Shown: positions 25,411 through 39,043, numbered from the whole stretch's first letter. The stretch is 61,818 nt of DNA, filler included, from Choristocarpus tenellus KU-1152 (GCA_964200185.2; 4 parts of 4 records of this genome joined end to end with filler, not necessarily neighbours in it); one strand, 5' to 3'. Program-made: numbers and translations. The notes: generated by a model from the letters alone, not told the origin.

Positions 25411-27674
25411 AAAGTATATATATATATATCTATCTATCTAACAAATACACTTTTTCCCTCCTGTTATTGGTTAAATAAGGAAAACGAATTGCTGACTTTC
25501 CATGATACGGTCAATCACTTGATATTTGATAGTTAATACAGGAGGCCTACATACAACACCCCTATATTTGATCTGCACACATGCATGTGTTTTGCCCACA
25601 ATTACACAAGACCACTTGGTGTCCACTTCCACTTCTCCATCCTAAATGCTGCATCCATAACCTGGGAACCAGCATATATACCCGAGAATATATACATATA
25701 GAATGAATCATACTGTACTTATGCTCAGTCTTATCTCTGGTTTCTGCTGTGAAACGTTTTATCATTTCCGAATGACATATCTTGTGGGAAAGAGTACAGG
25801 ATCTGGTACATGAGGGGCTATTATTTTACCATTGGAGTATTTCTGGAGTTATTTTTACACATGTAGTACATAGTGTAGCATCTTACTCTGTGTGCCTTGT
25901 CTAATGGTATACAAAGCCAGTATATTAGCTGGGTAACCCATCCCACTGCAATGCTGTAATGCTTCGATTATTATATTTTAGGTCAACCCAGGAATTCTAA
26001 AGGTAGCAAAGGGGTCACCACGCCTCCTGAGGGAGACCGCCAGGACTTTACCTACGAAACACACAAGTAACCTGGCTATGGGCATGAATGCAGATGGGGA
26101 CATCACATGCAGGTTTTGTGACAAAAAACACACGAGGAACTTGTTTCCCAAACCAATTACACATATTTTGTATTCTCCTCCTGTAGTGCCAAGTGTGACA
26201 AGGGCTTTCTTATGTAATACTGCAACTCGTTACACTTCTGAGCATGCATGATCGTGAAAGAGGATTGTGGACTATTAGAAATATGATCAATACGTCGGGC
26301 TTCCTCAATCTTGAGCAAGGATCCTATTGTCTGAGCGGTATCTTGATGCTTTGCCAACCCCATAAGATGTAGTTAGTTGTTTTGTACCCCTGTGGTTGGG
26401 GTGTGTTTGATAGGATGTGTGTGTGTGTGTGGGTGTTGTTTACATGGTCAATGCTTGAGTAGGTAGGGCTGTCGATTTCTTTGACCTGAGAGGGCAAGCA
26501 AATCTCCATATATGGCAACCTGCAATTGTAGCAGTGATGGCATATTCTCAACCTCATTTTGAGAAGTGTTGATTTACACATTCCACATGTATCATGTGGT
26601 TTGAATAAACATACGCTAGACGTACTTAAGGAGGGCCTCTCTCACAGGATAGTGTGTATCAATGAGTTGTAGAACTATTGAGCACCATCTTCTACTCTAC
26701 TGCAATACCAACCTATTATAATAGCTTCTAGAGAAATATGCTTGTCATCCTAGCAACATTGAGACTAGAAAGGCTGGTGTACTCCCTGAACACTAGAAGG
26801 TGCCACAGGTGCTTGTATATTGTTATGTAATAGAATCCCCAGGTTGAGATTTGAGCAATACAACATACACATATCACCACTTCCATCATATGGTCAGTAT
26901 TGATTCTGTGTATGTGTTTACATCTAGTCCAAAGAAGTCCAGATTCAGCACTATCAGTAGTATTTTTGCAAAATGTCCTCTGTAGTCAAATCAACTTTGA
27001 TCTAAGGAATGGGTGTGTATTGTTAGGATTGGGACAATTCCCGTTGATTAAAACGTAAGCCTTGGAGCTGTTATGTTTATGATGTTTGCATTTGGTATCA
27101 GGAGTTCTCCTCATACCTTGGATGCAAACAGATGAGGTAAGGTTTGTGTAAATGAGCACCGTTTTTTGGCTACTCAGTGGTTGGATACTATGGTGTCCAC
27201 CATGCAAAGATCGAAAAGGTTGGAAGTATTTTAACCAATGCTTTGCTATACTCGACAATGCTTAGGCGTAGTGATGATGCAAGAGGATTGATCCAACTGT
27301 TGTGAAGGGTCAAAAGATGAGATGTTATGTCCCAGGTGGATTGTGCACCTTGTGGTCACCGTGGTTGGTTTAACATGTCACCCCCCCTCCCTACCATTGT
27401 ATGCTTGTATTTTGTGGATGTGCAGTGAAGGAGTGCAAGATCTGAACACCAAACAGCATCGATCTGCAACACATAAGGTGCAGTAGGTTGTGTAACATTG
27501 ATGATACGCTTTGTCTACACAATTTCCCCTAATATTATATATATATACATATATTGCTGTTCCTGTACATGTCTGATCATTTTCAGCTGCTTTGCTTTGC
27601 TTGAGGACGACAGAGTAGCAAGATGTTGTCAAACTCCCCTTCACCCCCACCTCCCTTGTATCCACCATCCTTAG

Positions 27675-30600
27675 GACCGCATCGCTTGTGCTCACTTTAT
27701 GCTGACGGGGACCTGTACCTATGGTTCAAACTGCTCCTTCAGGCACGTTTCAAAGGTAATGTTTCTGATATTGTTTTGACTTGACACCAACATTTGTCCT
27801 GGAGTTCTTTGGTCACCATGGGCTTGCTTAACTATCTTGCTGCTAGATAAAGCACACTCTGGTTCACCTCCCGCTGTGGTGTCATCCCACTTGTTGCCAA
27901 TCCTTCCCTTGAAGACACTTGGCACAAGTGCTGAACGTTAGATCATACCTTGATATGTACGATTTCGTTCTCTCTTGAGGGACACTTGGAACATATTTGA
28001 GGTGATTTGGCCATAGGTCATCCTACTGAGAGGTAGGCAGTGTTGCATGTTAAGGTTACCAAGAGAGGACAAGGATATCAATTTTTGTACAATTGAAAAA
28101 GAAGATTCTTTGTTGAATTGTGGTGTCGCTTTGTGTGTGTGGAAAGGGGGAATATCGATATTATATACACTCTTGTGCACATCACCGAAAATATAGAATG
28201 TGCTTCATAGGGAGTGAAAGTATGTTAGAGGGTATGAGTCCTTCCCTCTTTTTCTTTTTCGGGCTTGACTTCCCACCGGTTTTTAATGAGATTTTCCCAC
28301 TCCGAAATGTTTTGGAGTAAGGAGAATATATACAGGTTATGAAATGGTGTGTTCCGGCACAAGGATATTGACTCTTCCTAACAAACCCGATAGTCAAAAT
28401 TACATTAAAATCGCAACATTGGATTTTTGCCCCAAACGGACACGGCTCTACTCTCTAAGATACCTCGACTCTAGGGTAAGGAAGATAACATCGAGCACAA
28501 AAGGGTCGAAACTTCCCTCCCTTCCAATCGGTTTGGCTCCAGCTCTTGACCATCTCCTTTGGTGGTGTGCTTCGATGCCTTTACCAATCTTGGTACACAC
28601 AATGCACAACTTCAAGGATATTGTTACCACACTGAACAAATAACAGCAGCATCTGGGGATCACACCTATCTCCTCACTTTCCACTGCCAACATGTGTGTG
28701 TGTGTGTGTGTTGTGTGTTTGTTGTATGCCCCTCAACCCCCCTTCCCCACTTGCTGTTTGATACAGGACGACGCTTTGGGTGGTGCTCTTGAGGAGAGCT
28801 CAAAGGTTTCTGTTCTGCCAAGGCGTCATAACACTCCCCCCTGCCGCTTCTATCTTAGGACAGGTGTGTCAAGTGCACAAAGTAGCTTTAGACATTTTGA
28901 GGAGTCCACATGGTTAGGAAGACTGCAGTAACAACCGCGGTTGTGTCACAGATACATTTTGGTTGGGAAAATGTAAACCGTTGGTGGTCTATACCCTAAC
29001 CATACTGTTGGAAACCTACAACTGGACTGTTGGCAACCATGGAGATGTTGGGAAAATCGCGAATATCTATTAGAATTGTCCTAACTGTACCATGTTGACT
29101 GTGTGTTCCTTTCACCCTACCGTGCCTTAACCCTAGTATTATAGTGTAGCTCAATGGCAATGCTGTCCACTTGTTCCAATCTGGTGACTGTAGAATGACT
29201 TTTCTCTCCAGTGGTAGGTATGCGTTCCAAAAAATACAAGAATACAAATGCAGGAACCACGTACTGAAGTATTGAAAATATATGGTATTACTCCATACAT
29301 TATTATGCCTAATGACTATTTGCAGACTATTATTACTCCTGTGTTTGCATTATATCTATAATCAATATATATATATATATGCATTTACGTTGCATGTACT
29401 AGGTCGCTACAATTTAATATTTATGTTATAATATTAGTAATGTGGTTGATAATTACTTCTATACTACTGAATGTATTGTTGATTTTGTATGATTAGTAAT
29501 AGTTAGATTTATTATCCTCAACAACTGTGCACAAGGCAAATTACATATTTACATATTCAATGGGGCTGGTGGTTGTGTTCGGAAAGAGGCTGCTGGGATT
29601 CGTTTGAGACATATATTCCCCGTCAATATACAAGTAGCTATTTTGAGGTGCCTCATCGTTTAAAGGTAGAGACATTGAGCAGGTGGCCACGAAAGGGTCT
29701 GACAGATTGTTGGGATTTCTTCCTAGTCCCTTGCCTGCCTTTGGAGACTAGACTGTGAACGTAGCAGTATGGAAACAAATTGACCCAAAGTATTAAAGAG
29801 GGTGGAGCCACATCCGTTTGCATATATCCAATGTTGCGATTTTGATGAATTTTGGCTATTGTGCTTGTTAACAAGTGTCAATATCCCTACTCCGGACACA
29901 CCTTTCATAGTTGCATATATTTCAGGTAACTGTAAATCACACCAAAAAACTGGAAAGGGGCATAAAAAACCCCGTGGGAAACGAAGCCCCGAACGGACAG
30001 CCTGGTCAAGCTCCTACCTTCTTTAATGCTTTGACTCCTACTCAGAACAGCACAAACACAACAATGGCCTTTTGTTATATTTTCAACATAAGTTAAGGTC
30101 ATAAATGAGGTTAAATATAGCTGGAAAAATTTCCGCAACAAGAAGTCGATGAAATTGTACAAGTAGAATGGTGTAGACCCCTGTTTTTTTTTGTAGATTG
30201 GTATGTTATTGTACAGTAGCATGTATCAAACCGTGTAGTAATAGATTAATGACATGAGTGCCACCTAGAGGGCATGCTATAGACTTCAACTTAAAATATA
30301 GCTTCGTAGCAAATGTAAGGAAGGGTAATCTAATATATCCCCATATTGTGGAGATTTCGATTATAGTAGTGCTGTGTCTTTGGTTAGAAATAGTTCAACC
30401 AGAACCAAGTCCTTGGATCACCAAGAGTAGAGAGCTACACAAGAAGAGGAAATGATTGATGCAGTGAGACTTCAAGGGGCTTTTGGCCTTACACTTCATC
30501 TGGAAGCCTAGCACCCTAGTACATCAATGCACACTAGGCCCTCAATATTGATCCAAGGTATGTGATGCTGTTCAATTGTTCAAATGTGCCGTAATTTCAC

Positions 30601-30837
30601 TCACAACCATTTGCTGTCTCCTCTCCACAACTTGCTCCCCCATCTCGCCCTTCCCACTTGTCCAAAGGAAAGTGTGCCTATGGCTCAAAGTGCCGGTTTG
30701 ACCATCCCCAGCGATACATCGCACCTATGACCAGCAGCCAGACTTTCTGGCCACAAGACACTTTCCCTTCCACACGTGAAATGGATGCACCGTTGCCAGT
30801 TGCTGGCTCTGCTGCTGCTACACCTCCAACATTTTTG
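27675..30837 (+). CDS. Tandem CCCH zinc-finger (RNA-binding) protein, partial; exons 27675-27755, 28767-28863, 30668-30837
   Basis: Spliced translation DRIACAHFMLTGTCTYGSNCSFRHVSK|DDALGGALEESSKVSVLPRRHNTPPCRFYLRTG|KCAYGSKCRFDHPQRY... contains two exact C-x8-C-x5-C-x3-H fingers. The second finger is split by a phase-1 GT-AG intron. The 5' and 3' exons were not located. Confidence 0.88.
28212..28471 (+). mobile_element. MITE family A, full copy, TSD TAGG (intronic)
   Basis: TIRs as in the 19525 copy; TAGG at 28208-28211 and 28472-28475. Confidence 0.92.
29550..30480 (+). mobile_element. Possible decayed Copia gag in an intron, interrupted by a MITE
   Basis: Fragments such as 'MKLYK*NGVDPCFF' and 'KGNLIYPHIVE' resemble Copia gag; many stops. 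Confidence 0.3.
29782..30037 (-). mobile_element. MITE subfamily A' (older copy, reverse orientation)
   Basis: Homologous to family A ('ccggacacacctttc', 'ccaatgttgcgattttgatg'); degenerate TIRs; no TSD; lacks the central palindrome. Confidence 0.85.
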
Positions 30838-31765
30838 GTCAGAATGAGCCAAAAGTGGGGACCAAGATTGAGGTACATAGAGAGAAATGAACAGGGCAGG
30901 CAAAGTATTTGGATCAGGGGTGAGGTAAATTCTGAAGACTGACCTGGCTCCCTTCGCTCTACAGTCCATACTAGATGAATGATTCAAACCTTATTGGAGC
31001 ATCAGGGAGCACTTCTTCTTCTGAAGGAGGATCATACATAGATTTGTTTTTTCTGGTCGTATATCGTTGAGCAGGTACTGCTGAATAGTGTAGCACCCAT
31101 AGTACTGGGAGTTCTTGCAGACAGGCGTGGAGTCCATGTGGATCAAACACAAGATCCGGAATTGGCATCACAACTTGTAGGTGCAACACCAGCATTTTGA
31201 AGTACGGTGGTGAAGATAGAACATAACTTTCTTGCCCACCAATCTTCACAGACATTCTTGGGTTCATTAGATAGTAATGTTGTTTGGTATTTCATCTCAG
31301 GCCACCAGCATCAGTTGCTTAATACCTGAGTGGGTGCTGTTCGTTTCCTTGCTGAAGCTAGTTGAAGTTAGTTCTAGGAAGGAATGTAGACGCTGACGTT
31401 TCAAGAATCCTCTCATGGATAAATGACAGCTAACCCTTTTGTTGTCCTCTTTGTGTATTCAGAGCAGTACTTTAGGAAATTATTTCTGATTTATCGTGAT
31501 TTCCGTACAAGGTGCAGATGAAACTATGCAAACAAGAAAGGTAGTGTACAGCCACAGCGTGTGTTATGGATGAGCCAAAGGTTCAGGCATGGGTCTGAGT
31601 CTGAGATGTGGAGGTGGACTAGTATTGCAGCAATGCTCAGAATGCGAATGAAAGGTGGATGATTCTGATGTCGTGTAGGAGTTGTAAGTTCTGCTACACG
31701 GGTAGGGGTGGGACCCTTAAGGACTGTAGTACGGAAGCAAAAGAGTTGGGAATCATGACAGTTTA

Positions 31766-31828
31766 GACTCAAAGTATCTGGGAGGGGGTAGCGACTGTCC
31801 AATTGGGGTTAATTTTTTCATGTCACGA
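31766..31828. mobile_element. MITE family B-like terminus at a contig end
   Basis: GACTCAAAGTATCTGGGAGGGGG followed by a short interior, then the gap. Confidence 0.7.
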
Positions 31829-31928
31829 NNNNNNNNNNNNNNNNNNNNNNNNNNNNNNNNNNNNNNNNNNNNTTAATTAATTAANNNNNNNNNNNNNNNN
31901 NNNNNNNNNNNNNNNNNNNNNNNNNNNN
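31829..31928. other. Artificial contig spacer
   Basis: N44-TTAATTAATTAA-N44. Confidence 0.98.
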
Positions 31929-32168
31929 GTAGAGCCGCGTCCATTTGGGGGTTAAAATCCAATGTTGTGATTTTGATGTAATTTTGGCTATCCTGTTTGT
32001 TAGGAACTCTCAATATCCTTGTTCCGGACACACCTTTTCATGATGTATACATTGTACTTAACCCGAAACATTTTGGAGTAGGAAAATGTCATAAAAATAC
32101 TCCATGGGAAGCCAAGTCCCAAATGGACAAACAGGGCAAAATTCGTACCCTCGGAGATACTTTCACTC
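31929..32168 (-). mobile_element. MITE family A, reverse copy truncated by the gap
   Basis: Matches the family A interior and ends ...GATACTTTCACTC. Confidence 0.9.
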
Positions 32169-32236
32169 AAAGATAATAACTAAAGATAGTAACTAAAGAT
32201 AGTAACTAAAGATGATATCTAAAGATTATAACTAAA
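32169..32236 (+). repeat. 13-bp minisatellite (AAAGATAGTAACT) x ~5
   Basis: Read directly; it abuts the MITE terminus. Confidence 0.85.
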
Positions 32237-33059
32237 TTTACGAGGCTGTTTAGGGGCTAAGTAGTGCATGAGACATTTTTGTTTGCAGTCTCTACATCAG
32301 TACAACAGTACAAATATTAGTAGTAGGTAGGCTTGCTCGTTCTTTGTTGTTGTAGTCCATATTGTCATATTGTACCTCTTTTTTTATTTCTATGCCAGAG
32401 GTAGAGGTAGAGGTAGAGGTAGAGGTAAGAATGCCACAGGTGTCAGTAGTTTGTCAAATCCTCTTGACAGTAGTCTTCCAAGCTTGATGACTACTGTCGC
32501 TAGTGCTGTTTCACAAAGAGGCTTCACCCCCCTGCTGGTTGACCAAGCAGAATTTTCCACTAGGTCCTGTCCTTACCCTAACAAGTCCTAATTTATGGTG
32601 ATCTTGTTGTATTTACAATACTAACAAGCTCTTTCTTTGGAAGATATAACCCGATATAATATAATATAATTTAATCCTCATAATGCCTCACCTTTTAGGT
32701 TGAAATTTTAATGTTGTGCCCCTGATCTTGATTTGACTGCTCTTGAACTACAGTACCCTGGAAAATGGAAGGGAATGACACGATCAGGACTGTATATCGA
32801 ACCCTAACCCTTCTTGCCACACACACACACGCACACACACACACACACACCATCCTATCCTCGACTCTCTGTTGTGTCCATAAACCTTTGTCTTTTGTTC
32901 CTCCACGTTGATGGAACAATTAATACACAGCCTACACTACTGTTACGTGCCAGCCAACAATTAATACGCAACCTACAATTAATTCACAGAGGCACGTATC
33001 CGTTCCACGGACTCCCCCTGTCAAACTGACCACGTTTTCAACATGTCTACGTTTAACAA

Positions 33060-33145
33060 AAAAAAATAGAAATTATCATTCCTAAAAAATAGAAATTATC
33101 CTAAAAAATAGAAATTATCATAAAAAATAGAAATTATTATTCCTA
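33060..33145 (+). repeat. ~20-bp minisatellite (AAAAAATAGAAATTATC..) x4
   Basis: Read directly. Confidence 0.9.
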
Positions 33146-33369
33146 CTTTTTTTTCGCACCATGCAGCAAGAACAATAAAAAACACACCATCGTGCTAAAG
33201 TTAGAACAGGCAGCACTACTTTGATGTGACGTGTAAGTCGTTAAAGGGTACATCACATGTAGACACAGAAGGGGTATATATAGTCACTCCAACATACACA
33301 AACTCTCTTACTTTATTTATTTTATTATTATTATTATTATTTTATTTATTTTTTTGGGGGGGAGAGCAG

Positions 33370-33499
33370 GTTCACCAAGTTTGAGCTGGTGACCACAAGC
33401 CTTAGACGATTCCTGGAGAAGCTAGAGGACACTGATAGGCCGAAAGACCACCGGCGGACATGCTACATCACCCATGCCACACGAAGTGACATTATCCTG
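33370..33499 (+). CDS. Internal exon of a DRTGG-domain / phosphate acetyltransferase N-terminal-like protein
   Basis: T-rich tract plus cag acceptor and a gtgagt donor flank the frame FTKFELVTTSLRRFLEKLEDTDRPKDHRRTCYITHATRSDIILG. 'ITH.TR.DIIL' resembles the DRTGG core (IT.GDR.DII). Flanking exons were not found; the family call is from recall. Confidence 0.6.
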
Positions 33500-33524
33500 G
33501 GTGAGTGGGAATATTTAGGGGACT

Positions 33525-33854
33525 GTTGTTGTTGTTGTTGTTGTTATTGATGTTATTATTGTTGGTGATGATGTTGTTATTGATGTTGTCATTGATGTTG
33601 TTATTGATGTTATTATTGTTGTTGATGATGTTGTTGTTATTGATGTTGTTATTGATGTTATTATTGTTGGTGATGATGTTGTTGTTATTGATGTTGTTAT
33701 TGATGTTATTATTGTTGGTGATGATGTTGTTGTTATTGATGTTGTTATTGATGTTATTATTGTTGTTGATGATGTTGTTGATGATGTTGTTGTTATTGAT
33801 GTTGTTATTGATGTTATTATTGTTGGTGATGATGTTGTTGATGATGTTGGTGAT
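33525..33854 (+). repeat. Compound triplet repeat (GTT/ATT/GAT/GGT) with a 48-bp higher-order unit
   Basis: The unit gatgttgttattgatgttattattgttggtgatgatgttgttgttatt recurs with variants; it starts ~25 nt after a splice donor. Confidence 0.95.
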
Positions 33855-34399
33855 CGGTGTCATTTAACATCAGTCGGGTTGGGCTGGTCAGCGCACTTGA
33901 GGGAGAGTCTCCTGTGATGTTTTATGTTTTTATGTTTTTATGTCTTTTGCTGCTTACGTGACACACCAGAAGGACACTGGTGGGTGTGCTGTGTGTGTGT
34001 GTGTGTGTGATAATTAGGGTTAGGGATGGGGGTTCAGGAGGGTTTCGCAATATGGATGCAGGCATTACAGCAGGAGAGGCAAGGGTCTCTTGTGAAGGAA
34101 TGTGTATATGATGCAATAGACCAAGTAGGACGTGAAATGGTAGGAAGAGGGGGTGGGGTCATTAGGCATTAGTCGTTAGGTTCTATCCTTGGTGGTTGGG
34201 AAACAAAGGGACAAGGGAGAGGAAACAAAGGGAAATAGGATTTTAAGGCAAGGATTTGGGAACGATATATATATATATATATATATATATGTATCTGGAC
34301 AAGAGTGGTTCTTACACAACATGAAAACGGAGTTAGGATTGTGGTTGGGGTCAGGGTCAGAATTTTCGGGTTTCAGCACATGGAGGATTTTAGAATCTA

Positions 34400-37300
34400 G
34401 GTAGATGCCTCTGCTTTATCTATGCAGCCATTGCTATTAGTGCAGGCTCTCCCCCAAATATGATGTTTTTCTGTGTTTTGCAAACACGTGTAGCACAGGT
34501 TGATGGTTGATGGGGGTGAACCCGAGGCTTTTGGATTGAGGTTAGGGTTAGGGTTGGGAGTTTCAGACGTTGGTATAACCAGATAAGAGTATGTAGGGTT
34601 GGTTAGGGTCTTGATGTATACATCGCTGACACCGCTTCTTCTCAGAAGCAATAGGGTGGGATGTGTCAAAATTTTGGATGCAAATTTGAAAGAGGGTCGA
34701 TGCAAATTTTTCTGTTGTTCATGGAAGATCTCTTTCTGATGGTTGCCTCATGACTATGTCCCATGGCTATGTCTCGTGACGAGTACCGCGGCAGTTGTGC
34801 CTCCCTCCGTACACGCCTTCCTATTGCAGGAACGTGATTTGTTTGTTGAAAGTTTGCACAGATGGTAAGCATGCCCCCGATTTGATGAAGGAAGGGAAGT
34901 TGGAAGATGGTATGGGTGAACCTGACTTGTGAGAGGAAAGCTCCGAGTGTCTGTCTTTCGCCCGTGGCGTACAGTGCTTGGGGTATCGTGAGGCCCTGGG
35001 CAGGATGAGGCTATTCCCAAGCTAAGAAATGAGGGGGTAACAATGGTAGTTCTGTCCTCGAGGTATGCGATTGATTGGCTTGAAAAGGAACGCTTACGCC
35101 AATCAAATCAGTTATTCGAGTAGGGTTGTGGATCAGTTGGTGGTGTGATACAATGACTTAGCAATAAATTGTTGACGTTGGATGTCCGTAGCCCATTGAT
35201 GTATAGCATGGTGTTCTACACCTTTGCCAATGTTGGATGTCTGAGTCCGAAGAGGGTATACCCTTGGAAGTAATCCGCAGCCCATTCCCAAGAGCCCTAG
35301 ATGTACGCCAATGAAATGAAATGAAATGTTTTTTTGCATTGACCTAATGGGGTGTGTTAGTCCAGCAACAGCAATTTTATGCACCTCCCCCCGGTCAATT
35401 GTGATGGCCCTCTAACCTCACGCTTAAAAAGGGGGGGGGCAGGCACATGGAGTGTTCAAACGTCAGATGATTTGCTATGATATGATCTGTGTAGAGGGGA
35501 GTAATGTTGGCATTTGAAGGTTACACAAAACCGTTACCGAACCCTGCTTATTACCTCAACCTCGAGACCTGCTGAATGCTTGTGTGTATTTATAGTGTGT
35601 AGTAGATGCTGGGTAAGTGGATGGCAGTTCTTGTCCTCCATGGTTGACTCCCCCTGAAGTGTACTCCCATCACACCATGCTCTCTTCCCCCTATCCCATG
35701 CCCTGTCGATGTCTACCCACTAGTCCTATCCGGTATGATCTGGTCTTTGACATGTAGTTGTTGCTATATGTTTGTGACAGTTACATTACGTCAGCCACTT
35801 ATAAGTTCAAGTTAAACTACTGAGTCAATACTTCTGTCGTTTAGTGTTGGTCACTAGACACATAAGACTCTATAGACTACCTAGCCTATATTGCACAGTG
35901 GTGGCATGGTGTGGGTGTGCAGTCAGTGCATGGTGCTGCGGCATGGAGTTTTGGAAGTTTCAGATTTATATTCACCAGACTATATTTTATTTGAGTAATG
36001 ACTCAGATTCATCATAAGATCTTCTGAACGTTTTTGAGGTTCTAAAAAAATAGCTGAAACTACCTTCAACAACCTGATTGGCTAATTCCTTTCGGATTCA
36101 TATCTATATGATACTATGGGGAAGGTTAGAAAGATTTAACTTCAAGCACCATCTAGTCCATTAACTTCTAAGGACTTGATGCTACCAACATGATGGTGCC
36201 ACTAGACCCTATTTTTACTGTAGTTTATCTTTGAAAAACCATATGTATGCCTTGATTATCGTTTAATTGAATACCCATTTCATCTTCCCAGTAAGTCCTA
36301 GCCTTATTTCTAAACAGTGGCTTCTATCCTTAACGAATATCAATGGTTGATCAATTGGCAACAACCGCTGACTCTTGTTCAGGACTGCTGTCTCACGCTG
36401 GAAAGTATTTGGATGGGCCACACTTCCAGGCGGGTCTGCTTCTCACTGGTGAAGTTTCAATACCTGTGCTCACTTGGTGTGGTGTTTGCAAAAAGCTTGA
36501 TGGCATTTTTGTCCGAGTTACCGAGGTTTTGTACAATGTTACACGGCGTGTTATTGTTGTGGCCGTGTGTGTATAGGTTTTTGGTGTGTTGAGGCATGTT
36601 GTGTTGTTTGGGCGGGGTTAGGGTTAGCTTTAAGGTTGTGCTAACTTGTATTTTGGTGCGGAAAGGAAGAGTTATGAAATGGTATCTTTCTTGGGTGTAA
36701 GTGAGGAGGGGAGGGGGGTACCCATCTCTGTATAGGGTTAGGGTACCTTAACTGAAACGCCAAGGCCCAACCACTGTGCTATGGTACACTTGTGTGTAGC
36801 TGCTGGCCTTCGGGAGTTCTGCTTCTACTGGGTGATGTAGGTGATGTAGGTGATGTAGGACCTTTCCTACTAGGACCTTTCCTAGTAGGGCCATAATGCA
36901 TGCACTATCGGTATTGATAGCGTGCATACATTGGAGTGCAACTTCAAGTCGGGCCATCCAATGATTGGTTTTTCGGGTCAGTTTGCTATCCAGGATGGAT
37001 CGCATGCCTCAGAAATCTGTTGATCTGGTACCATGGTCTAAACAAAGTATCTTGTAGTAATTGATATTGTCATGTGTGTGGTTATCTGTCTTCATTGGAT
37101 TGTCAATAGTTCCCTGGGCTATAACAAACTGTGGGCCGTTTTGGTGGGGGGCTGCCTCCCACTCTTTCCTATTTTCAGTTGGTGTTGCCAGGATTTTTTA
37201 TTCAGGTACAGCTCTTCTACTCTGTTCTTGTAAATGGATTACCATGAGATACTTACAAGGTAATTTTTGGGGTATCCAACTTTCGGTCCTGCAGTGTTTG

Positions 37301-37720
37301 GAGTCGATTGACCTGTGACATCCAGCAGAGTGCTGTGCCGTAGGGTTAAGTTTGAGCAAAGGTCACTCTATGCACTGTTGAGTAGTCTTACAACTTCTTT
37401 TTTTTAACCATAAGATTGTCCACAGTGACATAGCAGGATGATTTAGCACTTGTTCTTAAACGTGGTTTGCAGCTTTGGGGATTGGGATTTGGTGGTTGTT
37501 TTTGTTCAAGATGCTTTACAGTGCTTATGCACCTGGTAGTGGAGATCATTCTTCCTCTACTCTGTCTAGATGCTTCGCTGATTGATGACTGCTTCTCAAC
37601 ACAGTTCTTGTCTGCAGGTTGAGAGTTGAGCCTTTGCAGGGTGTGGAGGGTGGTTTGTTCACTATGGTTGTGGTGTTGCACGTAGGTGGGCTCAGACACC
37701 AAATTCTAGGTATTGCCTCT
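34400..37720 (-). mobile_element. Scattered decayed LINE-like fragments
   Basis: 'LPCKYLMV' at ~37250 (cf. RT P(Y)KYLGV) and 'HLGLLGMGCG' at ~35290 (cf. post-RT GLG motif) occur in the correct order on the minus strand. Interrupted and stop-rich. Confidence 0.35.
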
Positions 37721-38766
37721 GCAGTGCTGTTCTGGACTTGAGCGTTTTTGGTGTGTGTTTTGATGTGTTTTCTACAGTATAGTGCTTAGTGCTCGTCCAA
37801 CCCTCAACCACCTCTCCCTATCATTCATCCCTCTACACATGCACGGTTGCCTGTGTTCCTAGGCTCACCGCCTGGGAATGTTCCACATCCATTTGTAGAA
37901 GATTTTGTCAGGTGTGCTACCATCCCTGTCCTGAGTGCGGCACTGTCTACCACGGAGGTAAGTGGGGGATGGTGGGATACGGGAAGAGGCGGGGGGGGGG
38001 GACTGTGAGTTTTTTTAGAGGCAAGATAACAATTGTGAGCATCGCACTGCAGTGTCATTGTTGACTGCCAGTATGCTGCTAGCGACCCTTTTACTGAGAT
38101 GAACTAAACTGCAGTACCTGCTTTGTAGTGTAGTTCAAAGTACTGTAGAAACCTTTTTGGTTTGTATCACTGAATTCAAGATTGTATAGCTTCAAGTCAG
38201 TCCCCTTGAAGTGTGGAAAGTTGAGGTATGTGTGGGGGCCGGGGGGTGGTATGCGATTTGAGGACCAGTGGGTCCTCTAGGTTCCATCCTATTGTGAATG
38301 TTGACAGATGAGCCTTAGCACCTTAGGTCTTGTAATGGTGAGGCATGTCTAATGACGACCTGCAGGGGGAACATAGATAAAAAGAGAGCATATATGTGTT
38401 TACTGAGATGCAGGTTGGAAGATAGCTGGCGTTTTTTCGAGGGGTACCACCAAGTGTGTTTCTTGTATGATGTGGTGCTCTCGACATAGGGGAGGGTAAC
38501 TTAAGACCTGCCCACTTCTTCCCTCACCAATTCTGAAATTTGAAAGTCTACCGCAAGAGGAAAGAATAGGAACTTTTATAGTCAACCCATGTGACAGAAG
38601 AGACGGGAGACGATGAGGTCATGGCTGAGCAGCAGAATAGTGGTGATAGGCATTTTCAATCTTGGATGATTTTTTTTCAGCGGAACTGCGTGACTGGTAC
38701 AAGATTACCCATTGGTAGTGTTACGGTTTTTCTTACACCATTGTCGATTACCTTTATACCAATTAT

Positions 38767-39043
38767 GATTCAAAGTAGATGAGAGGTACCCAGAGTTGCC
38801 TTTTAAGGATGCTGACAAGTATGTCCAAAATTCGACTTTACTTACAAAAGCGTGTCAGAAAGTAAAGTCGGAAAATTTTTGTGAATTGTGTCGGAAAAGT
38901 TTCAAACAATCGAGAAAAATGAATGCTCTCAAGTCAAACTTAGAACTTCATCCATGGAAATATCGGTGAGCTGCAAGAGATTGGAACACAGACTTAGAAT
39001 GCGAAACGGGCAAGACCTTGGTATCTCTCGTTAACTTTGGCTC
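38767..39043 (+). mobile_element. MITE family C, 3-bp TSD TAT
   Basis: Imperfect TIRs GATTCAAAGTAGATGAGAGGTACC / GGTATCTCTCGTTAACTTTGGCTC; homologous to 50174-50434 ('ttttaaggatgctgacaagt', 'cttcatccat'). Confidence 0.8.

Noticed and set aside
33492-33867. Poly-Leu/Met and poly-Asn/Ile ORFs
   Set aside because: By-products of a triplet repeat located just inside an intron.
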